A DNA stretch of 64,000 bases from a virus. Positions 1 through 9,172 of the stretch are shown here, in pieces. Positions within the stretch are counted from its first letter, which is position 1. Each line of letters begins with the position of its first letter. The stretch is from positions 21,660-85,659 of the IMG/VR virus record IMGVR_UViG_3300025674_000024. One strand, written 5' to 3'. The position numbers and the translations under genes are program-made. The notes below the pieces were generated by a model. It did no database searches, was not told the DNA's origin, and was given only the letters and a program-made list of their open reading frames with translations.

Positions 1-384
1 TGTAAGATCACCGATTTTGTCCTCCTCCTCATCCTCTCCTTCCTCCTCAACCATCTGAGCGGCGAGAGCTAGGAGCTCCTCGTCGGAAAGGTCGGAGAGG
101 TCGATGTCTTCCTCGATCTCATCCTCGTTCTCAGAACGGAGAGCGGAGAGAAGGTCTTCCTGACTCTGCTTGGTGTCCATGTAGTCTCCCTTTCCGTCGG
201 GATACTTCCACAGACCCGTCTTGTCGAGCCAGTCCGCTTTGAAGGGTGCGGTCTCCAACCCGAGTGTGTCACTACCGATCTTAACACCGGCGGTTTCCAC
301 ATCCTCAGCTTGGGAGAGTTGGTTAGAGTAGGCTTCCCTCAGTTGGTCGTAGGCCTCCTGAGAGAATTGACCGAAGCCTGACAT
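1..384 (-). CDS. Acidic protein with effector-array-type leader (partial; runs off the window)
   Basis: Not in the ORF track. Manual translation from ATG 384 gives MSGFGQFSQEAYDQLREAYSNQ...EEEGEDEEEDKIGDLT with no stop to position 1. GGGTAAAA motif 27 nt upstream. Leader resembles the G-x-F-S-x-E-A leaders of neighbouring genes. Confidence 0.8.
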   Translation of the reverse strand, partial: MSGFGQFSQEAYDQLREAYSNQLSQAEDVETAGVKIGSDTLGLETAPFKADWLDKTGLWKYPDGKGDYMDTKQSQEDLLSALRSENEDEIEEDIDLSDLSDEELLALAAQMVEEEGEDEEEDKIGDLT

Positions 385-442
385 GTCGTTGTCCTAGACG
401 TACCTGAGTGTTTTACCCAGCCAGTTTGGACATTGTCATTCC

Positions 443-604
443 TTAGAGGTAGGCTGCGGCGAGAGCTTCTTCTTTCGTGACCTGCCCGCGGCGCTGCATC
501 TCCTCGGCGAGGTCCAAGAGACGCTCGGCCTCTTCGTTCTTGCCTTGGAAGATGAGTTCCTTACGCTTAGCAATAAGGTCGAAGTACTTTGATTTGGATG
601 CCAT
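443..604 (-). CDS. 53-aa small protein directly after the kinase gene (candidate cognate inhibitor)
   Basis: Manual translation MASKSKYFDLIAKRKELIFQGKNEEAERLLDLAEEMQRRGQVTKEEALAAAYL*; starts 2 nt after the kinase stop. Confidence 0.7.
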   Translation of the reverse strand: MASKSKYFDLIAKRKELIFQGKNEEAERLLDLAEEMQRRGQVTKEEALAAAYL

Positions 605-606
605 GA

Positions 607-2322
607 TTAGATCCCGTCGTAAAGTTCGTTGATGTACCGTTCTGCGTCTTGGTCAGTCATCCTACCAAAGATCCTGTTAATTCCGTCCATGGAAGTGCGG
701 ATCTCCGCATTGACTCTGACTCCGAAGTCTTCCTCCATCTTGTCTCTCACTTTCTGAGAGTTGGACACGAAGCGTTGGACAGAGCGAGTGTTGTAGTCCT
801 TAACCCGCATACGGTCCGCTTGCCAGTCACGGCCATTGGTCGTTCCGAGAGCCTCAATGAGAGCTGCTTTAGGACTAGTCTGAGCGAGACCGAAGTCCAC
901 GAGCCCGCCCTTGCCAGTGCTCTTATCGTAGAAGAAGTTCCCGCCGTGCATGTCGTTGTGAGCGACGCCGCGAGTGTGGATCGCTTTGCGTACGCGGAGA
1001 TACTCGTCAGTCGCCGCTTCTTTCTCCTTAGAAGTCATCTGCCAGCGTTGGTCACCGTACGGCTCTCCCGCCATGCGAGACATACCAAGGTAGCCCGAGG
1101 CTTCCTTTACGTGACCACCTAAACCCCCCATCACTATCTTAGCCTTCCCAGAGACCGTGGCTCCGTGTAGAGTTGGCGTCACACCGCTTCCCTCAAGCTT
1201 TTTGATTGCAGCGGCTTCAAACTCTCCAATCTTCCCTTGCTTCGTGACTCCCGGAGGAGGACCCTCGGTCAGCTTCACTCGACCCATAGCGCCTTGGCCG
1301 ATGAGCTGTCCTGGACCAGACATGTCTTTCTTCGGGTCATAACCTTTAATTCCTTGCGGGATGTCAAAGCTTGTCTTCTCACCCACAGCTTTACCTCTTT
1401 TCGCTCTCCCTCCAGCACCCTTGGGAAAAGCACTGCTAGACACGCCTCTTTTACGAAGCTCACCTTCCACTCTCTTTCGCTGGTAAGCGTTAAGCTTCTC
1501 CTCCTTAAGGATTCGCATAAGCTCGGGAGTACGAGCGCCCTGGAGAAGCTTCTTGTTAACAACCATCGCTTTCTTAGGCGGGAGTGTTGAAAGTTTAGCA
1601 GCGGCTTTAGCGGCTTTAGCTTTGGTAACATCACCTGCTCGAGCTATCTTTTTAAGATCCTGCTGCATCGCTCTTTCAATGGAGCCGTAGAGTTTCTTCG
1701 CTACAGGATCCTTGGCTTCTTCCTTGGCCTTGCGAACTCGAGCCAAGCCCTTTTGCATTTCTTGAATCTTATTCTCTATGGCCAGTGTCCCTTCACCCTT
1801 AGGCTTAGGGGGAGTAGGGGGCGCCTCTCCCAGCACTCTCCTCACCATCTCTCGGCGAGCGGCGAGACCGCGAGACCCGGCCGCGAGCTGTTCACGCTCG
1901 AGAGACCGCTTTCCAAGCTCTTCCAGCGGACGGTCCTTGGGCTTTTGCTGTTGATCCTCGTCCTTAGGCTTTAACCTCTCTCCGAGGCGACGAGCGGCGG
2001 ACTTAAGCGGAGCACCTTTCTTAACGATCTTGGCACCGTACTTCTCACGGACCGCATCCGCTACGGACTTCACATCTGCTTGCTTCAGGCCTCTTTCCTT
2101 GGCCTTCTTCGCGATTGCGGGCATGCCCTCTCCGGGCTTCACAGAGATAGGAGTTCCTTTGCGGCATTGTCCCTGAGTGCCGTACACGCTTCCATCGCGA
2201 CGTTGGCACAGTTGCGCAAACTCGAAAGAGTCGTACTCTCCCTCGCTGAATTCTTCTACGAGAGAGTCTTTAACATACGAAAGAAGTTCTTCGTCGAACT
2301 CCCCGTGTTGCGAAAGCTTCAT
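607..2322 (-). CDS. CQRxDG-module protein with C-terminal Ser/Thr-kinase-like domain
   Basis: N-terminal CQRRDGSVYGTQGQCRKG; Lys-rich linker; kinase motifs IGQGAMGRV (Gly loop), VTK, HNDMHGGN (catalytic loop), DFG. Confidence 0.85.
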   Translation of the reverse strand: MKLSQHGEFDEELLSYVKDSLVEEFSEGEYDSFEFAQLCQRRDGSVYGTQGQCRKGTPISVKPGEGMPAIAKKAKERGLKQADVKSVADAVREKYGAKIVKKGAPLKSAARRLGERLKPKDEDQQQKPKDRPLEELGKRSLEREQLAAGSRGLAARREMVRRVLGEAPPTPPKPKGEGTLAIENKIQEMQKGLARVRKAKEEAKDPVAKKLYGSIERAMQQDLKKIARAGDVTKAKAAKAAAKLSTLPPKKAMVVNKKLLQGARTPELMRILKEEKLNAYQRKRVEGELRKRGVSSSAFPKGAGGRAKRGKAVGEKTSFDIPQGIKGYDPKKDMSGPGQLIGQGAMGRVKLTEGPPPGVTKQGKIGEFEAAAIKKLEGSGVTPTLHGATVSGKAKIVMGGLGGHVKEASGYLGMSRMAGEPYGDQRWQMTSKEKEAATDEYLRVRKAIHTRGVAHNDMHGGNFFYDKSTGKGGLVDFGLAQTSPKAALIEALGTTNGRDWQADRMRVKDYNTRSVQRFVSNSQKVRDKMEEDFGVRVNAEIRTSMDGINRIFGRMTDQDAERYINELYDGI

Positions 2323-2325
2323 GAG

Positions 2326-4182
2326 CTACCTACTGCTTACTCCAAAGATGATCTGGAACCAAACTTCCTCATCTTTTTCAAGACTTTCGGCGAAGTCTAA
2401 CCCCTCAATTTTACCGTTCTTAATCACCCCGGTCAGCAAGTTATTTCCCTGATGCTTAAACCCAAGTTTTTCGTACGCTTTTCTACGAACGTCGCCTCCA
2501 CCATCCTCATCAAAAGCGAACGCTCTTACTTTCGTCCCGCTAGGAAGTCCGCCAAGAGCTTCATCAAACTGTCTCTTCGCTGTAAGAGCAATTCTTACCT
2601 GCTGACGACGGTCTGTGACTCCACCTTTGGTGTAGGAATCGTTGACCTTATAGCCAATCTCATAAGATCCGTCCGTCTTTGGAGTGACGAGAGTCTTAAC
2701 TTCGTTACTCCCAACCTTATCAGTGATGTACACTCCCTCAGAGTCACTAGAGACTTTGTCTTTGCTTTCTCCCTTCTTCAGTCTCTCTTCTACTTTCTTA
2801 ATTTTCTCTCCTCTCTTCTTGGCCTCTGGGCTTCCCTTTTCTTCTTGCGCCTTAATCTTTGCGGCGACGCTCATCGCTTCCCTGTTAAGTCTCAGGGCCG
2901 CGTCCATATCACCCTTAGCCATAGCCTCCTGAGCTCTCTTTGCTAAGCCAGAGTACTGAGTCTGAAGGTCGGGTTCTGCTTTCTTTTTAGTTTTAGGCTT
3001 AGTTGCTGTCGGCTTCCCTGAGAGTTCTTTCTTTGCTTGTTCCTTTGTCTTCTTTCCCTCTGCCACATCGAGAGCGGCTTTCGCTCTCTTGTTTCCAGAG
3101 GCCGCGGCTTTCTTCAGGGCCTTCATCTCTTTGGGACCCACGGGAGTACCTTTCCGACAGGTTCCCGAAGTCCCATAGAAGGTCCCGTCCGCACGCTGAC
3201 AACGAGCAAACTCAAGTGAATCCGCTTCGTTAAAGTCGTTTTTCTTATCGGGAGCTCCAAAAATAGCGATGTACCACAGAGCTGTGTCTTTGTCCTTGCC
3301 CTCTGCAAACATCAGGAGAGTGCTGCCTAAACCTTGCTCGGCCCTGTCGGAGGCACTTACTTTTCCACCTTTTCCAATGCGCCCATACTGTGTCCCAGGA
3401 TTTGCATCGGTTCCAGAAGTCGGATCTGAAAAACCCATTCGTTTATAGGCTCTAATTCGAGACGCGCCTCGCCCGTCCTCTCCCCAAGCTGTAGCTTGAA
3501 CTACATAACCTTCAGGCAAGTTTTGTCTATGAGCGTTCCAGACACGCTGAACTTGGCGAGCAATAGCCATTTGCTCTTTCCGGTCTGTGATTTGACCAGC
3601 GTCATACTTGCCGTTGACTTGAAAGTTAAAATCGCCTTGACCAAATGATGTGGTAACTACTGTTCCTCCAGGAGTTGTGAAAGTAGTTCCAAGAAATCCA
3701 TTAGACTTAAATTCAACTTTGGTTCCTTTTGGAACGTCTTTCGTGACTCCTTCCACAACTTTTTCTGAGTTGGTGATGGGCTTGAGAGACTTTTCAGCTC
3801 GCTCTTTCATGAACCCTGCAAATTCATCTTCAGGGTCTTTTTTCAAATACTCGTTTGCTTTCTTTATTTGGTCTTCATAAATCTTTTTGTCTTTTTCAGC
3901 CTTAGCAATAGGACCGAGGGTACCCTTTAGGGTGCCACCTCTTTCGTAGTCAGTAGGCTTTTTAGGAGTTGTCTTTCCTTCAACAACTTTCAAAGCTGCT
4001 TCAGCTTTTTTATTGCCGCTTTTAGCCGCTTTCTTCAGAGCATCGACTTGCTTTTCACTAACTTGCTTTCCTTTGCGGCAAGTTCCAGCAGTGCCGTAAA
4101 ATGTCCCATCGGGACGTTGGCAACGAGCGTAGTCAAGGACTGTGTAAGCGCTCTCTGAGAATGTGGAGTACGTACGTTTCAT
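2326..4182 (-). CDS. Tandem (CQRxDG module + GNAT-like domain) x2 protein
   Basis: Two copies of the Cys module, each followed by a homologous domain (VNGKY...DRKEQMAIA...AWGEDGRGASRIRAYKRMGF and VNDSY...DRRQQVRIA...AFDEDGGGDVRRKAYEKLGF) ending in a GNAT-like Y-x-[KR]-x-G-F motif. Confidence 0.65.
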   Translation of the reverse strand: MKRTYSTFSESAYTVLDYARCQRPDGTFYGTAGTCRKGKQVSEKQVDALKKAAKSGNKKAEAALKVVEGKTTPKKPTDYERGGTLKGTLGPIAKAEKDKKIYEDQIKKANEYLKKDPEDEFAGFMKERAEKSLKPITNSEKVVEGVTKDVPKGTKVEFKSNGFLGTTFTTPGGTVVTTSFGQGDFNFQVNGKYDAGQITDRKEQMAIARQVQRVWNAHRQNLPEGYVVQATAWGEDGRGASRIRAYKRMGFSDPTSGTDANPGTQYGRIGKGGKVSASDRAEQGLGSTLLMFAEGKDKDTALWYIAIFGAPDKKNDFNEADSLEFARCQRADGTFYGTSGTCRKGTPVGPKEMKALKKAAASGNKRAKAALDVAEGKKTKEQAKKELSGKPTATKPKTKKKAEPDLQTQYSGLAKRAQEAMAKGDMDAALRLNREAMSVAAKIKAQEEKGSPEAKKRGEKIKKVEERLKKGESKDKVSSDSEGVYITDKVGSNEVKTLVTPKTDGSYEIGYKVNDSYTKGGVTDRRQQVRIALTAKRQFDEALGGLPSGTKVRAFAFDEDGGGDVRRKAYEKLGFKHQGNNLLTGVIKNGKIEGLDFAESLEKDEEVWFQIIFGVSSR

Positions 4183-4460
4183 CCGCTGAAGAATCCTTTG
4201 CTGTAGAGAGACTCGCCGTAAAGGATGGCTGCAGCTGTGGAATTGGCAACATCCTCCAGGTCAGGTACATCATCGCCACGCTCGGCCATGCGAGTGAAGA
4301 AGGAGATGAGAGCGAAAGCACCATCTAAGTCTGTGAACTCGTCTCCGATGAAGTCTCCGCGACGAATGCCGTAGGGACTTCCATCTTTCGCGAGAGCGAT
4401 GATGATGAAGTTGGAGCCGGGGATGGAGATGGGCTCGGGAAGGTAGAAGAGTTGGTTCAT
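4179..4460 (-). CDS. 93-aa small acidic protein after the DUF3626 gene (candidate cognate inhibitor)
   Basis: ATGA overlaps with both neighbouring genes; lacks the Cys module. Confidence 0.7.
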   Translation of the reverse strand: MNQLFYLPEPISIPGSNFIIIALAKDGSPYGIRRGDFIGDEFTDLDGAFALISFFTRMAERGDDVPDLEDVANSTAAAILYGESLYSKGFFSG

Positions 4461-6226
4461 TTGTAGTAGCGAGAGATGGCCTCGATGTCCCGGTAGTTCG
4501 GGTCAGTGCGCTCGATCTTGAGATCGTTCATCTGAGGAGGAAGTTCCACGATCCTCACTCCCTGCTTCTCGAGCGCTCTGCGGGTAGCGGTGGGGATGTC
4601 GTGTCCTCTGTAGTATCTTACCTCTTTGATATCCGAAGTGCGTAAGCCGCCGTGGATCTGAGCTTCGACGTAGGCGGTCGGGAGGCGCATCCCGCCGTCC
4701 ATTGACGTCGTCATATTCATACGCTGACCGATCGTCCCGCCATTGTACTGGATGTCCTGCACCTGCGTGCGAGGGCTGCTCGGGTTAGCCGGGTCACGGA
4801 CAGGACTGGCCATGATGCCCCTCGGCCGAGCTGCGTCCAGAGAGTCCCCAACAGTAAAGGTCGAGCGGTCCTTAACGCTGTTGTTAAAGACGACTTGCAC
4901 TCCTCCGTACTGCGCCATCTGGTTCGGACCACCCTGCAGGGAACGAGCTCGGTCCGGGTGCTCCAGCGCTGCGTACACCGGGCGCTTTTCCGGAGCTTCC
5001 AACTTCGAGATCCCCATCACAGCCTCCTCTCCGCTCCTTCTTCCTTCGAGGTACCCGCTCTTGCCTCGCTTGATACCGCCCGTTCCAGCTTGGAACCCGT
5101 TCTTCGCCTCTCCCTCTTTGACGAACTTTGCGAAGCCTTTGGGGTTGAAGGCCATGACGGGTTCTGCACCGTCGAGAAAGTCCTTGAGGTCCTTGTCAGC
5201 ACCCCCTCTGGGGACTCGAGTCGGCACGGACGCTGCGACTGTCCCTCCACCGTCAGAAGGAGCTTTGGTGAGCTTTATTGGTTCCCCAAAGTACGCCGCG
5301 TTGACTCCGTCGCGTGGCAGGTCGTTAGCTTTGATCCTTAGGTCGGTAGCCCTGGCTTCGAGAGCTTTTGACGGGTGGTCCTTCGGCGTGTTGTACGCAT
5401 TGAATCCGTCTTTCTCGGCCAGCTCTCTAGCCTTCCGATTCAGCCGATCAGACTCGTCTGTCAGCTTCTTACGCTCTCCCGTGGCCTTGATGAACTCATC
5501 GCGGTCCTGCGCGTGGTAGGCTTGACGCATGAGGAGAGCGGCTTCGTGAGCCTTCCCGATCTTTGCGGAAAGGGCCTTGACCTCCGGATCTTTCCAGTCC
5601 TTCCCCTGCTTCGACAGCTCCGCTGCTTGCTCCTTGAGTTTAGCTTCTCGGTCGAGAGCTCGGTTGAACACCTCCTTGACTTTTTCGTCGGAGATCTTCG
5701 TCGGGCGCTTGCCCGAGTCTTGTGCCGGAGCGGAAACTTCCTCTTTCTTCTTCTCCGCTTTTGGAGTAGTAGCCTTGGGTGCCGGTGCAGGTTCTTCCTT
5801 CTTAGGCTTAGGCTCGGGTTTGACCGAGGCGGGCTTAGGCGCGGGTGTGGGAGTGAAGTCGGGCTTTACCTCCTCTCCCAACCTCTTCTTAATCTCTTTG
5901 AAAGCCGCTACGAGCTCCGGCCCCTTCTTAATCTGCTTGACGCCGAACTTCTCTCTCACTTGGTCCGCGATGGCTTTCACTTCGGCGCCCTTGAGACCCG
6001 CGGCCACGGCTTTCTTATAGAGCACGGGCATACCCTCACCCGGCTCGAGAGTGATCGGCTTTCCTTTGCGACACTGCCCACTCGTTCCGTAGACGGAGCC
6101 GTCTGGGCGCTGACACGCTTGGCCAAACTCGAGAGAGTCGCTGAGTTCGGAGTAGCGGAGAGTGAGCACTTCACGTGCTTTAGCTTCTAAGGAGGAGTCC
6201 CAGCCTCCGTGTTGTGAAAGTCTCAT
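4457..6226 (-). CDS. CQRxDG-module protein with C-terminal DUF3626 (ART-like) domain
   Basis: CQRPDGSVYGTSGQCRKG; C-terminal RPVYAAL, YGGVQVVF...KDRSTFTVGDS and YVEAQIHGGL...DI motifs typical of DUF3626. Confidence 0.75.
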   Translation of the reverse strand: MRLSQHGGWDSSLEAKAREVLTLRYSELSDSLEFGQACQRPDGSVYGTSGQCRKGKPITLEPGEGMPVLYKKAVAAGLKGAEVKAIADQVREKFGVKQIKKGPELVAAFKEIKKRLGEEVKPDFTPTPAPKPASVKPEPKPKKEEPAPAPKATTPKAEKKKEEVSAPAQDSGKRPTKISDEKVKEVFNRALDREAKLKEQAAELSKQGKDWKDPEVKALSAKIGKAHEAALLMRQAYHAQDRDEFIKATGERKKLTDESDRLNRKARELAEKDGFNAYNTPKDHPSKALEARATDLRIKANDLPRDGVNAAYFGEPIKLTKAPSDGGGTVAASVPTRVPRGGADKDLKDFLDGAEPVMAFNPKGFAKFVKEGEAKNGFQAGTGGIKRGKSGYLEGRRSGEEAVMGISKLEAPEKRPVYAALEHPDRARSLQGGPNQMAQYGGVQVVFNNSVKDRSTFTVGDSLDAARPRGIMASPVRDPANPSSPRTQVQDIQYNGGTIGQRMNMTTSMDGGMRLPTAYVEAQIHGGLRTSDIKEVRYYRGHDIPTATRRALEKQGVRIVELPPQMNDLKIERTDPNYRDIEAISRYYK

Positions 6227-6420
6227 TCTTTCTCCACGCTTCGCTTTCTCAACTCCGCCTCTATTGCCTTTCGCCCGCGCTGTGCGAGTTTATCTTTCGT
6301 CTTATTTTCTTTCTCTAGAGAATCCGCTTGACTAGGAAGTCCAAAAATGTATGGATCACCAGCCTCACTTCGACCCATCCTCTCCCGCACTTCTTGAGGT
6401 CTTTTAGGTTGAATTTTCAT
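6223..6420 (-). CDS. 65-aa small protein after the ART gene (candidate cognate inhibitor)
   Basis: Starts 2 nt after the ART stop and overlaps the next start (ATGA). Confidence 0.6.
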   Translation of the reverse strand: MKIQPKRPQEVRERMGRSEAGDPYIFGLPSQADSLEKENKTKDKLAQRGRKAIEAELRKRSVEKE

Positions 6421-6422
6421 GA

Positions 6423-8054
6423 TTAGACTTCCTCCACGGTGAAGATGTGCATCGGCTCGCCCTCAAATGTTTCAACGCGGTGGTTCGTGTATCTATATTT
6501 TGTGCCGCCAGGAGTTAGTATCTCTTTCTCGCCGCTCTGACCAAAGTTTTCAACTGAAGCTCCGGTTCTATTACGCGTTTCAAAGATAACTCTCGCGCGA
6601 TCTTGCACGACCTTACCGGTATATCCCGCTGAGATAAGGGCACTAGTAGACCACGAAGCCGGTGCGGGATCACTAAAAGTACTCTTAGATTGCGCTGCTG
6701 AAATCATCTGATCTAGCGCTGAACTCGGAATGTTAATTCCACGGTACTTTTCTACGTCAGGATGGTCCATTCGCGAAAGCATTTGATCGATTCTCTGCGC
6801 TTGTTTAGCCCGTATTGAATCGGACCCTGGCTGTTCAACTGCCCGTCTAATCGCTCGATAGTCATTTCGTGTGAAGTCGACGATGGAGTCAATACCTTTT
6901 TGAACTTCACGCTCGTCTCCACCGTATGCCTTAATAAGAGCTTTTGCCTGTTTAGACGTACCTAATTCACCCCATTCTCCAAAAATCGCTGTAGAGTTCT
7001 TATGCGCCCCATTTTGAGAAGGATTAGAGTCAGAATCCAGTAGTTTGATCATACTCCGCGACATTTCATATTTACTAAACCGCTCATTGGGGTCTAATTT
7101 CGCATATTCAATCCGGCGGTCTGCCTCTTCCACCCTGTCTTTAATCGGTTTCAAAAGCGCCTGTCTTTCTGTCCAAGAAGCCCCACTTTCTAAAAGTTTC
7201 ATATCGTTCTCTTTCGCGACTTTTAACTCTTTTTTTGCTTGTGTTCGGTCACGAATTGCCACAGCCATTTCTTTCAGATCTTTCGCATCTCTTAAGTTTA
7301 TGAGATTGTAATAGCGTTCTTGATTCTCATCAGAATCACCGGTAGCTTTTTTGCGAAGTTCGCGAAGACTGCTTATTTGATTGTTTATGCGAATTTGTTG
7401 GGCTTCTGTGAGTTGTTTAGGCGTAGGTCTTGAGAAGATACCTCCCTCAATTGCTTTTCTATCATCAGCGATTCTTTGGAGTTGGTCTCGGATAGTGTAC
7501 ATCCGATCGTCAGCTTCGTCACTTCCCGTCTTTTCAAACTCTTCCTTAGCTGCTTTCATTGCAGCTTTAAGTCGAGTTTCTGTGGAATTGATTAGCTGAA
7601 GAGCCTCTTTTTTCTTCGTCTCAGCGTCAGAACCATCCGTCTCCTCTTTTACCTTTTGTTCCTCTCTATTTAAGTTCCTACGTGCTTTTTTACTCTTTTC
7701 ACCAAGCTCTCCGTCTTTCTTCTCATCCTCAGCCCTACCTTGCTCAGGCTTCTTTTGGCTTTTTACGGGCTTTGGAGCGGGCTTGATCGCGCTAGAGGCC
7801 TCTTGAGTTGCTGACGGTTTGAGCCCAGGTTTTTCTGGGTCCTCCGTCCTAGAAAGTTTCTCAAGTGCTTTCTTTGCCCCGGAGTCTCCAGCTTTTGCTT
7901 TAGCCTGCAACTCTTTAATCTCTCTGGGGCCGACCTCCTTGCCTTTACGGCATTGTCCAGAGGTTCCGTAAAAGCTCCCGTCTGAGCGCTGACATCTTGC
8001 AAAGTCAAGGACTTCTAAAGCTTGCTCTGAAAATGTTGAATAAAGTCTTTTCAT
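6423..8054 (-). CDS. CQRxDG-module protein with C-terminal VIP2/Alt-like ADP-ribosyltransferase
   Basis: True start is probably ATG 8054 (MKRLYSTFSEQ; ATGA overlap). R-S-E triad: KYRG, SWSTS, GEKEIL...GTKY. Confidence 0.8.
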   Translation of the reverse strand: MKRLYSTFSEQALEVLDFARCQRSDGSFYGTSGQCRKGKEVGPREIKELQAKAKAGDSGAKKALEKLSRTEDPEKPGLKPSATQEASSAIKPAPKPVKSQKKPEQGRAEDEKKDGELGEKSKKARRNLNREEQKVKEETDGSDAETKKKEALQLINSTETRLKAAMKAAKEEFEKTGSDEADDRMYTIRDQLQRIADDRKAIEGGIFSRPTPKQLTEAQQIRINNQISSLRELRKKATGDSDENQERYYNLINLRDAKDLKEMAVAIRDRTQAKKELKVAKENDMKLLESGASWTERQALLKPIKDRVEEADRRIEYAKLDPNERFSKYEMSRSMIKLLDSDSNPSQNGAHKNSTAIFGEWGELGTSKQAKALIKAYGGDEREVQKGIDSIVDFTRNDYRAIRRAVEQPGSDSIRAKQAQRIDQMLSRMDHPDVEKYRGINIPSSALDQMISAAQSKSTFSDPAPASWSTSALISAGYTGKVVQDRARVIFETRNRTGASVENFGQSGEKEILTPGGTKYRYTNHRVETFEGEPMHIFTVEEV

Positions 8055-8467
8055 TGTTCGTCGGCTCTGTTCATCTGTCCCTTGATCTTCTCTGCCCAGG
8101 CTTTGCCGGCATCGCCTCCCCATAACTCCCAAGAAACTTTTGAAGCGGAGGGTGGGTTGGTAGTGTGGTTCTTCTTGTAGGCGGAGTGACGAGCGAAGAA
8201 GCTGACCATGCGACCAATCGTCCCGGGAGAGAGTTTCTGACGGTTCTTCAGCGAGGCGGCTCGAGCCACTCCGCTTCCGATCCCGGCTTTCCCGGCCTCC
8301 TTAGTCGACAGTCCACCGCGTCCCACTTGTTTGCGCAGAGCGAGACCGCGAGCGGCGGCATCAGCCACGGACTGGGGAGGGCGGAAGTCTATGTTAGCAT
8401 ACTTCTCCGCCCACTCCGGATTCTCGGCCCACTCGAGAGCCTCTTCGCTGAAATGTCCGCCAATCAT
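8051..8467 (-). CDS. Conserved phage head-associated domain protein with array-type leader
   Basis: Leader GHFSEEAL. Domain PP..VA..A.RGL...RA..L...LS..TI.RM.SFFARH...SWELWGGDAG..WA resembles one I recognise from phage head-module proteins. Confidence 0.55.
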   Translation of the reverse strand: MIGGHFSEEALEWAENPEWAEKYANIDFRPPQSVADAAARGLALRKQVGRGGLSTKEAGKAGIGSGVARAASLKNRQKLSPGTIGRMVSFFARHSAYKKNHTTNPPSASKVSWELWGGDAGKAWAEKIKGQMNRADEQ

Positions 8468-9069
8468 CGCGCTCTCACGACTTTGTTTTTGATCCCTCTC
8501 TTAATGGCTTCCTCAGTCATCGCTCTGCGGCGTTGCTCAGGAGTCATATTAGCGAGTTCAGCCTCGCGCTTAGCACCTTGGCCGCTCCGCATCTCCACCT
8601 TAAGGCGGTCCCCCATGGCCTTTTTGATGATCTTGAGTGTCCCCTCCTTGGCGTCAATATCTCCTTCATCCACGGCCTTCATCACAGCTTTGTGGATCTT
8701 TCCGAGGTGAGCTGTGGTCTCCGCTTTAGCGTACACCTTGTCAAAGAGTTTGTCGTGTGTGTCTCCCCACGAGTAAGCTTCCGACTTAGCGGCTTCTTTG
8801 ACCTCGGCCAATGCGGAGGAACTCATAGGCCCTGCGCCACCCTTGGGAGGCTTCACACCGAGATCCTCAGGGCTCACCTCTTTGCCCTTGCGACACTGGC
8901 CTCCAGTGCCGTACTTGGAGCCGTCAGGGCGTTCGCAGGTGGTGAAGTCGTACGCTTCGGAGAAGCTCTGGGCGCTCTCGTCGTAACTGTCTGAAGCACC
9001 GTGCTTTTCAGCGTAAGCCGCATAGAGCTGCTCGATGGATTCGGGTTTAAAGGTGCCTTGGGGTTTCAC
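8464..9069 (-). CDS. CQRxDG-module protein with short helical C-terminus
   Basis: SFSEAYDFTTCERPDGSKYGTGGQCRKG. Confidence 0.75.
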   Translation of the reverse strand: MKPQGTFKPESIEQLYAAYAEKHGASDSYDESAQSFSEAYDFTTCERPDGSKYGTGGQCRKGKEVSPEDLGVKPPKGGAGPMSSSALAEVKEAAKSEAYSWGDTHDKLFDKVYAKAETTAHLGKIHKAVMKAVDEGDIDAKEGTLKIIKKAMGDRLKVEMRSGQGAKREAELANMTPEQRRRAMTEEAIKRGIKNKVVRAR

Positions 9070-9172
9070 GGGTCTGAGGTAATTAAGCCTATTTTAAACC
9101 ATCTAAGCGGGTTACCCACGCTCCTTGATGATCTTGTCGATGCGACGAACTTCAACTTTTTGAGCGGCTCAT

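Noticed and set aside
69-302. 77-aa ORF-track call
   Set aside because: Alternative frame inside the better-supported partial CDS 1..384.
4743-6190. Plus-strand ORFs of 258 and 271 aa
   Set aside because: Antisense to the DUF3626 effector gene, with low-information translations.
8055-8132. ORF-track N-terminal extension of the ART gene
   Set aside because: It overlaps the upstream gene; ATG 8054 matches the paralogous MKR.YSTFSE leader and forms an ATGA overlap.
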